This document shows, piece by piece, positions 32,497 through 41,651 of a stretch of DNA of 64,000 nucleotides. The DNA is from Salinispira sp. (lineage in GTDB: Bacteria; Spirochaetota; Spirochaetia; DSM-27196; Salinispiraceae). Below the pieces are notes generated by a model that saw nothing but the letters and a program-made list of their open reading frames with translations, was not told where the DNA came from and ran no database searches. How positions within the stretch are numbered: the stretch's first letter is position 1; every line of letters starts with the position of its first letter. Where the stretch lies: contig CBDDDG010000022.1 of NCBI GenBank assembly GCA_965226555.1, forward strand, positions 128,001 to 192,000. The letters are read 5' to 3'. Both the position numbers and the translations under genes were made by a program.

Positions 32497-33327
32497 TTAT
32501 CCCTTTATTGCGCCAATAGTGAGTCCGCGAATTATCGATTTTGAAAATGTAATAACGACGATGAGAATAGGAATAATGGAGATAGTTATTCCAAGATAAA
32601 TAGCGCCGAAGTTTGTCTCGTACAGTCCCTTAATGTTCGACACGACCACCGGCATGGGAAATTTATTTGCTGATGTCAGAAGTACCAGAGGTGTGAGGAG
32701 ATCATTCCATTTTCCAATGAAGGTGAAAATTGACATGGTTGCAATTGAGGGCATTGCAAGGGGAAGAATAATCCGCATAAAGATAAATCGTTCGCCGGCG
32801 CCGTCAATAATGGCAGCCTCAATAAGGGAGTCAGAAATTGATGCCTCAATGTACGAGCGGATGAAGAATACCATGGCGGCGTTCGCTGCAGTCGGGAGGA
32901 TGAGCGGGAGATAATTATCAATGAGCCTCAGTTTTGTTATGAGGTCATAGTATCCGATCAGCCCGAGCTGCTGGGGAATCATCATGGTGGAGAGTATCAG
33001 CCAGAAGAGTACTTCCTTTCCCCTGAAATGAAATTTTGCAAAGCCGTAGGCTGTCAGCGCTGAAAAAAATGCCGAGAGGAGTACCGAGGGGGCGGCGATA
33101 ATAAAGCTTGCGATAAAGCCCTGCCATATATTTACCCTGCTTTGGATAATTTCATAGTTTTCACGGAGGGCGCTGCCGGGGGTGAGCCAGAGACGCTGTG
33201 AAATTTCAACGTTGGTGTGTGTGGAATTTATAACCATCATATAAAAGGGCACAATGGAAAGTATTGCAAGCGTTATGAGAAAAATTCCGAGCAGAATGTT
33301 TTCTATGGGAGTTCGACGTTCGATCAT
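32497..33327 (-). CDS. Carbohydrate ABC transporter permease
   Basis: EAA motif 'LIEAAIIDGA', 'WNDLLTP', 'GLTIGAIKG'. Confidence 0.95.
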   Translation of the reverse strand: MIERRTPIENILLGIFLITLAILSIVPFYMMVINSTHTNVEISQRLWLTPGSALRENYEIIQSRVNIWQGFIASFIIAAPSVLLSAFFSALTAYGFAKFHFRGKEVLFWLILSTMMIPQQLGLIGYYDLITKLRLIDNYLPLILPTAANAAMVFFIRSYIEASISDSLIEAAIIDGAGERFIFMRIILPLAMPSIATMSIFTFIGKWNDLLTPLVLLTSANKFPMPVVVSNIKGLYETNFGAIYLGITISIIPILIVVITFSKSIIRGLTIGAIKG

Positions 33328-34265
33328 GATATTTTACCTTTCCGGTTATCTCCAAGATATTTGAACAGAAGAATGGAGAAAAGGAGGATCATGAAAAAGA
33401 GGGTATAGGCAACCGATGCGGCATAACCGATGTTAAAATTTTTGAATGCCTGATTATAGAGATACAGCACCATGGTTGTAATGGCATTATCCGGCCCGCC
33501 GCGTGTGTCGGTGAGTACACGGGGAATGTCAAAAATCTGCATGCCGCCGATCAGAGAAGTAACAAGAACGTAGAGCATAATCGGCCTCAGAAGGGGAAGG
33601 GTAATTCCGAAGAAAACCTGAAGGCGTGTTGCCCCGTCAATAAAGGCAGCCTCGTAGAGATCTTCGCTTATTGAACTCAGCCCTGCCATAAAAATAATGG
33701 CTGTGTATCCAAACCATTGCCACCACTGAATAAAGGAAACCGTTCCCTGAGTAATAAGGCGGTTCTGAAGCCAGTTTATCGGTTCCTGAATGATCCCCAG
33801 ATCCTGAAGCACATGATTCACTGTTCCTGTCTGCCAGTCGAGAAGTACGGAGAAAAGCACCCCAATTGAGGCTGCCGTTACAAGGTTCGGCAGAAAGTAG
33901 ATGGTACGCAGGGTTTCTTTTCCCCGTATATTCCATTCATAGAGGATGACGGCGAGGATGAGGGCAAATACAAGCTGCGGAATGAAATTCATGAGCCAGA
34001 TAAACCAGGTATTGAAAATTGATTTGAGAAAGATTTCGTTTGTTAAAAGCCGCTGATAGTTAGCGAAACCAACGAATTCATTCTCAAATAAATTTATGGG
34101 GGAAGTCAGACTTAACCCGAAGGTATAAACAATGGGATATAGCTGAAATACAAGGGCAACAATGAAGAAGGGCATAATAAAGAGATAGCCCTTATTGTTT
34201 CTATTTGAAAAAAATGACCGTGCAGAAGATGATCGTGCAGAAGATAACGTAACAGAATGTTTCAT
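33324..34265 (-). CDS. Carbohydrate ABC transporter permease
   Basis: 'FVGFANY', 'LYEAAFIDGA', 'GYAASVA'. Confidence 0.95.
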   Translation of the reverse strand: MKHSVTLSSARSSSARSFFSNRNNKGYLFIMPFFIVALVFQLYPIVYTFGLSLTSPINLFENEFVGFANYQRLLTNEIFLKSIFNTWFIWLMNFIPQLVFALILAVILYEWNIRGKETLRTIYFLPNLVTAASIGVLFSVLLDWQTGTVNHVLQDLGIIQEPINWLQNRLITQGTVSFIQWWQWFGYTAIIFMAGLSSISEDLYEAAFIDGATRLQVFFGITLPLLRPIMLYVLVTSLIGGMQIFDIPRVLTDTRGGPDNAITTMVLYLYNQAFKNFNIGYAASVAYTLFFMILLFSILLFKYLGDNRKGKIS

Positions 34266-34304
34266 GGCGCCTTCTTATCTGAGTTTCTATGTACTCAGAG
34301 ATAG

Positions 34305-34336
34305 TAATCCTTCTTCCCCGTAGGGAAGAAGGATTA
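34305..34336. terminator. Perfect 14-bp intercistronic stem-loop after the solute-binding protein gene
   Basis: TAATCCTTCTTCCC-CGTA-GGGAAGAAGGATTA; a second hairpin at 34278-34299. Likely an mRNA stabiliser or partial terminator. Confidence 0.75.
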
Positions 34337-34350
34337 GTGTTTATGAAAAA

Positions 34351-35679
34351 TTATTGCATTATGACAACATTTACATTGGGAAGTATATCGGCAATAGCAA
34401 GAGTGAAATCATCGAATGCTTCCTGCAATGTTTTTTGTCCGTTTGCATAGGGTTCAACCTGATCGCCCCAAGCATTTTGAATCTGGAAGTCCCAGGGTCC
34501 AACACGGGAAACATCAATTTTCTGAGCCTCGTTAAAGAAGTACTCATAATGATTTTGCCTGCCGAGGAAGGGATCGGAAAAGCCCGGTTTTATTTCTTCA
34601 ACAACCGAAATGTTGCCGACAAAGTCGCCGGTTTCTTCTGCCCAGAATCTGGCAAAATCGGGGTCGCTTCCAACATGCTGCACAAAGGCCCATGCAAGGT
34701 CTTTGTTGTTGCTGAAACGGTTTATGCCGATCCAGGTTCCGCCCCAGTTATAGGGAGCGGGAGGAACAGCCAGCCCCCAGTCGCCGGTAAATTCGGCGTC
34801 GCCTGCGGCAGCTTCGGGTTCAGCATTGGGTTTGAGCACATAATGGAGCCCCCAAGTTGGGAGAATGTACGAAAATACCGAGGCATCTGCCATGGAAGAG
34901 AACCATGCCGGAGTCCAAGTACCAATTCCGCCTTCAATGTCGTTGCTCCGCATTTCGCGGGCAAGTTTCATGAATCCGACAAGCGATTCGGGAATGGTAA
35001 GAGTTTCGTCCTGCACATAGGGTTCAGTTCGTTGATTATATACGAATTCTGCCATATCCGGATAACCTGCAACGAGAAAGCGCTCTCCGCCATAGTAATC
35101 GCGGATTTTTTCACCCAGTTCATAGTATTTGTTGATGTCGCTTGTCCATTTGGAAACTTCAGCGGGATCATCAGTACCGAGAACATCCCGGGCAATGCTT
35201 CTCCTATAGAAAAGAGCGCCGGGAGTTGCCTGCCATGAAAGAGCGGTAATTTTGTCATTTTCATCGCGTGAAAGGTCAACAACATAGGGAACCAGATCAT
35301 CAACCAGATTTTCAGCATTGTAGGGCGCATCGGAAATGGGCTCCCAAAAGCCTGCTTCAATAAACTGCTTGAAGAATGCCGCCTCACCGGTGAAAACATC
35401 GGGTATATCGCTGCGGGAACGAAGTGTGGTTACTACCTTATTAAGGTATACTTCATCCTGATTCGGTATAACAACAAATTCAACCTCAATACCGGGGTAT
35501 TTTGCGTTAAAATTATCAATCATCCCACCGACCTCATCGGTGAATGACCATACAACAATTTTCCCTGTAAAGTCCTCAGGGTTTACATCGGCTACCGACT
35601 CCCCTGAACCACCGCCGAAGAGTGGAAGGGACATTAGTATGAATATGGCAGATATTACTGCCGCTATTCTCAATTTCAT
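34351..35679 (-). CDS. Carbohydrate ABC transporter solute-binding protein
   Basis: Start at 35679 (GGAGGA SD); leader 'MKLRIAAV...LFGGGSGES'; 'WGGTWIGI', 'FLGRQN'. Confidence 0.92.
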   Translation of the reverse strand: MKLRIAAVISAIFILMSLPLFGGGSGESVADVNPEDFTGKIVVWSFTDEVGGMIDNFNAKYPGIEVEFVVIPNQDEVYLNKVVTTLRSRSDIPDVFTGEAAFFKQFIEAGFWEPISDAPYNAENLVDDLVPYVVDLSRDENDKITALSWQATPGALFYRRSIARDVLGTDDPAEVSKWTSDINKYYELGEKIRDYYGGERFLVAGYPDMAEFVYNQRTEPYVQDETLTIPESLVGFMKLAREMRSNDIEGGIGTWTPAWFSSMADASVFSYILPTWGLHYVLKPNAEPEAAAGDAEFTGDWGLAVPPAPYNWGGTWIGINRFSNNKDLAWAFVQHVGSDPDFARFWAEETGDFVGNISVVEEIKPGFSDPFLGRQNHYEYFFNEAQKIDVSRVGPWDFQIQNAWGDQVEPYANGQKTLQEAFDDFTLAIADILPNVNVVIMQ

Positions 35680-35777
35680 AGAAATCCTCCTGTTTGACTG
35701 CCCGGAATTATTCCCCGAGCAGTACTTAACGTGTATCCTAGCATAATTAATAATGCCTGTAAAGTACAATTTGATAT

Positions 35778-35817
35778 TTATTTACATACAAATACAATTT
35801 TATTTGTATGTATTGTT
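35778..35817. promoter_or_regulatory. Putative AraR-type operators in the divergent promoter
   Basis: Inverted repeat TACATACAAAT-N8-ATTTGTATGTA; each arm resembles half of the Bacillus AraR box ATTTGTACGTACAAAT. Confidence 0.55.
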
Positions 35818-35843
35818 GATATTTGACTCAATACCATAGTAGA

Positions 35844-36962
35844 ATGGACAATGTGAACCCTCAGACGCTCCCTTCATATATGCAGGTTGAACAGCAAATT
35901 ATTGCCTTGCTCAGTAAAGGCAATTTTAATTTTGGAGATCGCCTGCCGACAGAGCATAAGCTTATGCAGATGTTTTCCGTGAGCCGGACAACAGTCCGTA
36001 GAGCTCTGCAGCTCATCGAAGCACAAGGAATTGTATCGCGTAATCAGGGAAGCGGTACATTTTACGCGGTGAAAGATACCCTGCGGAAAGATACTCCGTC
36101 TACCCGCACCCTCGGTCTGATAAATTTTTTCTTTATGGATTACATTTATGTGGAGATAATTCGGGGTATTGAAGATGAAATAGAACGCGCCGGTTATTCC
36201 CTGCTCATTGCCAACAGTAACCGCAGTGAGGAAAGGCAGTTTGAGGCAATCCGTCATCTTATTGATCAGAAGGTCAGCGGACTCATTATTGAACCGAAGC
36301 GGAACCTTACAATGACAGAGAGCGACCCTCTTGTGCGCCTTTTCAGTAATACGGATATTCCTGTTGTTACTACGCACTGGGGTATTGGCGTCAAACGGTT
36401 TTCCACCGTGACTCTGGACGATCTGTACGCAGGAAAGATGGCAGGCGATTATCTTATCGGGATGGGACACGAGAGAATTGCTTATATCTACAAAAAAAAT
36501 GTTCAGGCAAGTTATGACCGCATGGAAGGATTAAAGAATGCTCTGGAGGCGGCAGGTCTCACGCTTGATCAGCGCTATGTGTTTTCATACACAGACGAAG
36601 AAGAGGTAGAAGATGTACATCAGGGATATGTGCAGACCCTCAGGTTATATGCGTCCTGCGATCCTGCGCCGACCGCTATTTTTTATTTTAATGATAACAT
36701 TGCAATTCAGGGCTATCGGGCACTTGCGCAATTGAAGCTGCGGGTTCCCGAGGATGTATCGGTAATTGGATTTGACGATTATCATATATCTTCTCTGGTG
36801 GTTCCTCCCCTGACAACCTTTGAACATCCGAAATATGACCTCGGCCGATGGACGGCAAAAATACTTATTGATGAGATTGAATATAAAGCGACCGCTCTCC
36901 CCATGAAGCTGCTTTTTGAACCGCGCCTTATTGAGCGGGGTTCTGTGAGGACTCTGAAATGA
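35844..36962 (+). CDS. GntR-HTH/LacI-sensor transcriptional repressor (AraR-type)
   Basis: 'RLPTEHKLMQMFSVSRTTVRRAL...QGSGTF' plus 'VPEDVSVIGFDD...PPLTT'. Start uncertain (35823-35853). Confidence 0.92.
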   Translation: MDNVNPQTLPSYMQVEQQIIALLSKGNFNFGDRLPTEHKLMQMFSVSRTTVRRALQLIEAQGIVSRNQGSGTFYAVKDTLRKDTPSTRTLGLINFFFMDYIYVEIIRGIEDEIERAGYSLLIANSNRSEERQFEAIRHLIDQKVSGLIIEPKRNLTMTESDPLVRLFSNTDIPVVTTHWGIGVKRFSTVTLDDLYAGKMAGDYLIGMGHERIAYIYKKNVQASYDRMEGLKNALEAAGLTLDQRYVFSYTDEEEVEDVHQGYVQTLRLYASCDPAPTAIFYFNDNIAIQGYRALAQLKLRVPEDVSVIGFDDYHISSLVVPPLTTFEHPKYDLGRWTAKILIDEIEYKATALPMKLLFEPRLIERGSVRTLK

Positions 36963-37171
36963 AGACAGTTATCGGTATAGACCTCGGTACCCAGAGTTCG
37001 AAAATCCTCATGTATGACTATGATAAACGGCGTATCGCGGCGCGTGCATCGGCTTCCCATGATCTCATAAGCGGCGATGCGGGCAGGAGTGAGCAGGAAT
37101 CATCATGGTGGATTGATGCGCGCTTGAGGATCTCTGCAACATTGCAGCGGCGCAGGGCGAAATACCGCTGA
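36959..37171 (+). pseudogene. N-terminal fragment of an FGGY sugar kinase (xylulokinase-like)
   Basis: 'IGIDLGTQSSKIL...GRSEQESSWW', then the similarity ends at about 55 aa. Confidence 0.85.
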
Positions 37172-37326
37172 CAAGCGGTCATCAGGAACTCATTGAGAAC
37201 ATTGTTAACCAGCATTCAGATCAAGAATGCTCTCTATGTGCTTAGCATTCTCCTATTTGATGTGAGAAATTAGTACGCGCTTCCGTCTGCCCGAGCCTTC
37301 GGGTCGGACTCATGCGCTCCGCGTGC

Positions 37327-38775
37327 TTATTCTGCTGCCGTGGGCGGGCGGGCTCCGGTCGCTAAGTCGTAGGCAAGGATTTTTCCAGAACCGCCCACCC
37401 ACATTGTTGTTCCATCCGACCAGATGCCAGCGGGGGTAGTAATCCCGGCAGTAGAAAGTATGGAAGCAGCAAAGTCTTTTGAATCATCGTAGGTTACCGT
37501 AATAGCGCCTGCGGCGTTTATTGAGTAGTCATAGGCATAGATTTTTTTATCCTTTTCATCCGTTATCCACATCGTTGCTCCGTTTGACCATATACTAAAA
37601 GGGCTATCAGTCTCAGTAGCAGAAAAATTCTTTGATGCCTTGTAAGTCATATCAATATTGCCTTCGGTGTTTATCGCGTAGTCATAGGCATAGATTGTTT
37701 CATCTGTATCTGCCACCCACATAGTTGTCCCATTCGACCATATACCACGGACATTTGAACCCCCGTTACTAGTGACAAATTCTTTTGACTCATCGCGTGC
37801 CTTACTCGTTATGTTGTAGGCATAGATTTTCCTAGACACTACATCCGCCACCCACATAGTTGTTCCATCCGACCAGATGCCAGTGGGGTAATTATTCCCG
37901 GCAGTAGTAAGTGTGTTAGTACTGAATTCTTTTGTTGTATCCTGTTCTTTGGTAATCATGTTGTAGGCATAAATGTGTTTATCATCATAATCCAGTACCC
38001 ACATTGTTGTGCCATCCGAAAAGATATCTGTAATTTTCTCATTCGCGGCGGCAAGAACAAGGAAATCGTCTCTGTGATTATCTTGGGAATTATATCCGTG
38101 CGCGTTATATCCGTACAGGTCATATTGACCTCCGGTTACCCGGTGATTACCGTCAGCATTGAAGCCGTTTATGTCATACCCGTTTATGTCGTAACCCTCG
38201 GCGTTAAAACCGTCTTTGTCATAACCCTGTTCGTCATAACCATCATCGTTGTATTTCTTTCCGTTACGATGATTGCCGTCTGCATTGAAACCGGCAGCAT
38301 TGTAACCGTCTGCTTTATAACCATTTCTATTGTAGCCATTTGCATTGTAGCCGTCTTTGTTGTAGCCCTCCGCATCGTAACCATCTGCGTTATAGCCATC
38401 AATATCGTAACCGGCAGCATTGTAACCGTCTTTGTCGTAACCGTAGAGGTTGTATTCCGTGCCGGTGTCGCGGTGTTTGCCCGCAGCATTAAAGCCTTCT
38501 GCGTTATAACCTGTTTTGTCATAGCCATCATCGTTGTATTTCGTGCCGTTACGATGATTACCGTCAGCATTAAAACCGGCTGCATTGTAGCCGTCTTTGT
38601 CGTAACCGTAGAGGTCGTATTCCGTGCCGGTGATATAGTGAATACCATCGTCATAGAACCCCCACATGTCGCAGGCGGTGAGCAGTATTCCCGCAATAAA
38701 AAATGCCGTGAGCGCGTACAATCCGAAACATTTCTGCGCGGAATGCTTCCGGTGTTTAATGTTCAAATTCTTCAT
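37327..38775 (-). CDS. Surface lipoprotein with GY(D/N)xx pentapeptide repeats and a five-repeat 'GIWSDGTTMWV' beta-propeller-like domain
   Basis: ATG at 38775 with GGAGGA SD; lipobox LLTAC; about 190 aa of GYDKD/GYNAD repeats; five (G/D/S)I(W/F)S(D/N)GxTMW(V/I) units. Confidence 0.85.
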   Translation of the reverse strand: MKNLNIKHRKHSAQKCFGLYALTAFFIAGILLTACDMWGFYDDGIHYITGTEYDLYGYDKDGYNAAGFNADGNHRNGTKYNDDGYDKTGYNAEGFNAAGKHRDTGTEYNLYGYDKDGYNAAGYDIDGYNADGYDAEGYNKDGYNANGYNRNGYKADGYNAAGFNADGNHRNGKKYNDDGYDEQGYDKDGFNAEGYDINGYDINGFNADGNHRVTGGQYDLYGYNAHGYNSQDNHRDDFLVLAAANEKITDIFSDGTTMWVLDYDDKHIYAYNMITKEQDTTKEFSTNTLTTAGNNYPTGIWSDGTTMWVADVVSRKIYAYNITSKARDESKEFVTSNGGSNVRGIWSNGTTMWVADTDETIYAYDYAINTEGNIDMTYKASKNFSATETDSPFSIWSNGATMWITDEKDKKIYAYDYSINAAGAITVTYDDSKDFAASILSTAGITTPAGIWSDGTTMWVGGSGKILAYDLATGARPPTAAE

Positions 38776-38850
38776 GAATTTCCTCCATATAGGGTAAAGT
38801 ATAATGCAGGCATAAGCCAAGGTCAAGCAGAAATTTTTCAAAGAATGGGA

Positions 38851-39775
38851 TAGAAACTTTTGCTACTGAAAGTTTTGACTCAGGAAAACCTTTATCAATG
38901 CCAGAACTTCCCCAACAAATTTTTTCAGACCATTGGTGGAACTCTCATACACATTCATGATCTACTAATCATCAACACATCACAGAATTCCTGAGTATTT
39001 TACTCATTGAAACTTTTGCATTGGAAAATTGTGCAAGCACAATTTCAATTTTACTGAAATTATACCTGAACATAGTCTTCTTTGCACGCAAAATGAGCAT
39101 ACCCCTTCGAAAATACACTTATGCGCGGTATAATTCCCATTATTACGGGAGGGGAATTATGTGAAACTTTTGCTCTGCAAAATTTTCCAATGAGGATTCT
39201 CCCATCACAGAAAATTGTGCAGAGCACAATTTTCCAATAAGGATTCTCTCATCCATATTCTTGATTCCCTCAAGGTATAGAAAGTTTTGCCACAGGCAAA
39301 ACTTTGTTATATTCTTGATTCTCTCATTGTGTAGAAAGTTTTGCCTTGGAAAATTGCGCAAGCACAATTTCCAGTAGCAAAACTTTATATGTGTTCTCAG
39401 AAAAAGTGTTGCCCGAACCTTTATTCAAAGGCTCGGACAGATGCTGAAAACAACCAATTTAACCGACCCTCGGAAACGACCGGTTGTTCAGCTATCACAA
39501 ATAATGGCTCTCATTATATCGATGCCGTTATTTTCATGCAAGAGTCTGTTTGATCTCGATTATCTGGCTCGGAATAAAACTGTGCGTCAAGCAAAATTTC
39601 AATCTTACTGAAAATTATACCTGATCATAGTCTCCTTTGCACGCAAAATGAGCATACCCTATTCGAAAATCCACTTATGCGCGGTACAATTCTCATTATT
39701 ACGGTAGGGGACTATAAGAAACTTTTGCTACTGAAAGTTTTGCATCAGGCAAACCTTTATCAATGCAAAAATTTC
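38851..39775. repeat. Repeat cluster: at least six palindromic-element copies plus a ~135-bp direct repeat (39041-39174 / 39595-39729)
   Basis: Visible copies at ~38851, 39009, 39163, 39279, 39332 and 39717; direct repeat 'aatttcaat.ttactgaaa...gcacgcaaaatgagcataccc...ttacgg.aggggA'. Confidence 0.85.
39393..39611 (+). pseudogene. Possible N-terminal fragment of a DDE transposase
   Basis: Open frame reading 'LTDPRKRPVVQLSQIMALIISMPLFSCKSLFDLD' resembles the D.R...i...Sl..le start of IS4/ISAs1-like transposases; recognised by eye only. Confidence 0.35.
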
Positions 39776-39920
39776 AATTATTCATTCACGTTTAATGTGC
39801 TGATTTCATCTTTGTAGTAGTTGTTTTCTTTTTCTACATACACTTTATAAGCTCGCAGAACAGTGTTCAGATCAGTGCCCTGCAAATGGATGATCTTGCT
39901 TCGAAAATTCGGACAATCCG

Positions 39921-40826
39921 CTAAGCAACACAACAGGATTCTCCTGCTGTTTTCAAAGCATAATTCATCGGACTCATATAGTCAAGAGAAGAATGAAGCC
40001 TCTCTCGGTTATACCAGTTGATGTATTCAAAAACTATCTTCCGCGCCTCCTGAAGGTTCTGAAACCTCGGCTTACCAAGCTCATTCTTCAGCGTGTGGAA
40101 AAAACTTTCCACAAAGGCATTATCGTAGCAATTCCCCCTTCTCGACATCGACTGGGTAATATGTAACATTTCCAGTTTGTCTCGAATGCTCTGCGCGCAA
40201 TACTGCGTTCCCTGATCTGAATGAAAGACCAAGCTATTCAACTCCCCGGGAGTTCTCCGTACGGCCTGTAACAGAGCCTTTTCCGTCTGTGTGCTCTCCA
40301 TGGAATCACTGACATTCCAGCCCGTAATTTCCCGGGTATAGATGTCCAGAACCACAACAAGGTACGCAAATCCTGCGCCGGCGGGCAGGTACGTGAGGTC
40401 CGATGCCCAGACCTCATTCGCTTTCGTAACCGTGGAGCTTTCAATGCGAAACACCCGCGGAGACTTCTTCTGGGATGGATTGCTCATTGTTGTTCGCGGG
40501 CGATATGCCTTCGTTCTCCCCGCATTGAGCCCCGATTCCCTCATAAGCCGGGCGACTCGGTTCCTCCCGATTGCTTCACCATGAAGATGCAGCAGCCGGT
40601 GAATTCGGGGCGAACCGTAGCATCCCTTATTTTCAGTATACACACGCAGGATTTTACCCGTAAGCTCATCATCCCTGCGGGTGTTTTTGGACGGTTCTCT
40701 CTTAAGCCAGTCATAGAATCCCGAGCTGGACACCTTCAGAAGTTTGCAGCATGGTGCAACAGCATGTCCGGTCTGCTTCAGCTGCTCAATTCCTCGATAC
40801 TTCATTTCAGGCTCTCCTTTCTGCAA
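39921..40826 (-). CDS. IS3 transposase OrfB (DDE integrase core)
   Basis: 'YGSPRI', 'WASDLTY', 'FHSDQGTQY', 'SRRGNCYDNAFVESFF', 'YNRERLHSSL'. Confidence 0.95.
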   Translation of the reverse strand: MQKGEPEMKYRGIEQLKQTGHAVAPCCKLLKVSSSGFYDWLKREPSKNTRRDDELTGKILRVYTENKGCYGSPRIHRLLHLHGEAIGRNRVARLMRESGLNAGRTKAYRPRTTMSNPSQKKSPRVFRIESSTVTKANEVWASDLTYLPAGAGFAYLVVVLDIYTREITGWNVSDSMESTQTEKALLQAVRRTPGELNSLVFHSDQGTQYCAQSIRDKLEMLHITQSMSRRGNCYDNAFVESFFHTLKNELGKPRFQNLQEARKIVFEYINWYNRERLHSSLDYMSPMNYALKTAGESCCVA

Positions 40827-41092
40827 AAAAAAACCATTGCATCATTGAGTATTGCCACCGCCTTTTTCTCGGCGCGCAGTTCCTTTCTCAATCGTTTGTT
40901 CTCGGCCAGGGCTTCCTGAAGTTCCCGAAACTCGGGACCTTTCTGGTCGTTCCGAACCCATTTCGCGAGGGTATGATAACTTGCTATACCCAGCTTTTCC
41001 GTCGCCTGCTTCGTGCCAATTTCTTTGGCAAGCTCCACAGCCTGTTCCTTAAAATCCTCAGCATAGAATTTTCTGACTTTCCGTGTTTCCAT
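40802..41092 (-). CDS. IS3 transposase OrfA (HTH)
   Basis: 'RKFYAEDFKEQAV...TLAKWV...ENKRLRKEL'; ATGA overlap with OrfB. Confidence 0.92.
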   Translation of the reverse strand: METRKVRKFYAEDFKEQAVELAKEIGTKQATEKLGIASYHTLAKWVRNDQKGPEFRELQEALAENKRLRKELRAEKKAVAILNDAMVFFCRKESLK

Positions 41093-41347
41093 AACACTCT
41101 CCTCTCCCTATAGTATCGTGCTTAGAAGAGTGTCCGTTAAATCGAAGCAAGATCATGGATAATACTTCCATCGTCATAACACACATTAATCTCATAATTT
41201 GTACCCATTACAATACTTTTGACACCTTCAATACGAAAACTGCCAACCTCAGGAATTTCTACCATAGGCTTGTACATATTTATCTTCCTCACACAATGAC
41301 ATTATATAATATTTTTTAAATTAAACCAAGATAAAGAAAAATACTAC

Positions 41348-41376
41348 TAGAAACTTTTGCATTTTGTAAAACTTTC
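41348..41376. repeat. Dispersed palindromic element, short form
   Basis: TAGAAACTTTTGC-ATTTT-GTAAAACTTTC. Confidence 0.7.
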
Positions 41377-41477
41377 TCATTGTAATATACGACAATTCAC
41401 CCATACACGCGCCATATTCCGCAAAAATTTCTGGTAATTTTTATTTAAATGTAGTATGGTTCCGATTGGAGGGCATT

Positions 41478-41651
41478 ATGAATATTAAGCAGATTGAAGA
41501 TATTTACAGAGAAATGGGTATTGGTTCTCGGGAAGAACGTGAACGCTTCCTACAGTGGCAATATACAGATTCACAGAAATCACAATCGAAATTTATTATA
41601 ATTATTGACACGGACAATACAACTGATCCCCTAGTATTAGAGGATTATTGA
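41478..41651 (+). CDS. Small hypothetical protein (57 aa) coupled to the protease gene
   Basis: GGAGG SD before the ATG at 41478; TGATG stop/start overlap with the next gene. Confidence 0.6.
   Translation: MNIKQIEDIYREMGIGSREERERFLQWQYTDSQKSQSKFIIIIDTDNTTDPLVLEDY

Larger units (their letters stand above)
39891..41155 (-). mobile_element. Complete IS3-family insertion sequence (1265 bp)
   Basis: 25-bp imperfect TIRs TGATCTTGCTTCGA.....CGGACA (20/25 match), TG...CA ends, 4-bp target duplication TGGA (39887-39890, 41156-41159). Confidence 0.95.
39778..41277 (-). pseudogene. 76-aa small protein gene interrupted by IS3
   Basis: Removing 39891-41155 and one TGGA restores MYKPMVEIPEVGSFRIEGVKSIVMGTNYEINVCYDDGSII|HLQGTDLNTVLRAYKVYVEKENNYYKDEISTLNVNE*; GAGGA SD and TTGGTT-17-TATAAT promoter upstream. 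Confidence 0.75.

Noticed and set aside
37285..37309. GC-rich hairpin GTCTGCCCGA-GCCT-TCGGGTCGGAC as an ncRNA
   Set aside because: Single short hairpin just downstream of the lipoprotein stop codon; most simply a terminator-like structure.
37975..38853. 292-aa Val/Ile-rich plus-strand ORF and 170-aa Thr/Met-rich alternate-frame ORF
   Set aside because: Shadow frames of the repetitive lipoprotein gene.
38851..39775. CRISPR array or integron cassette array
   Set aside because: Repeat copies vary in length and spacing, I saw no attC-type GTTRRRY/RYYYAAC cores, and no cas or integrase gene lies nearby.
40820..40835. T9 run at the IS3 orfA/orfB junction as a novel recoding signal
   Set aside because: Frameshifting or coupling at this junction is standard IS3 biology, and an ATGA overlap already explains OrfB expression.
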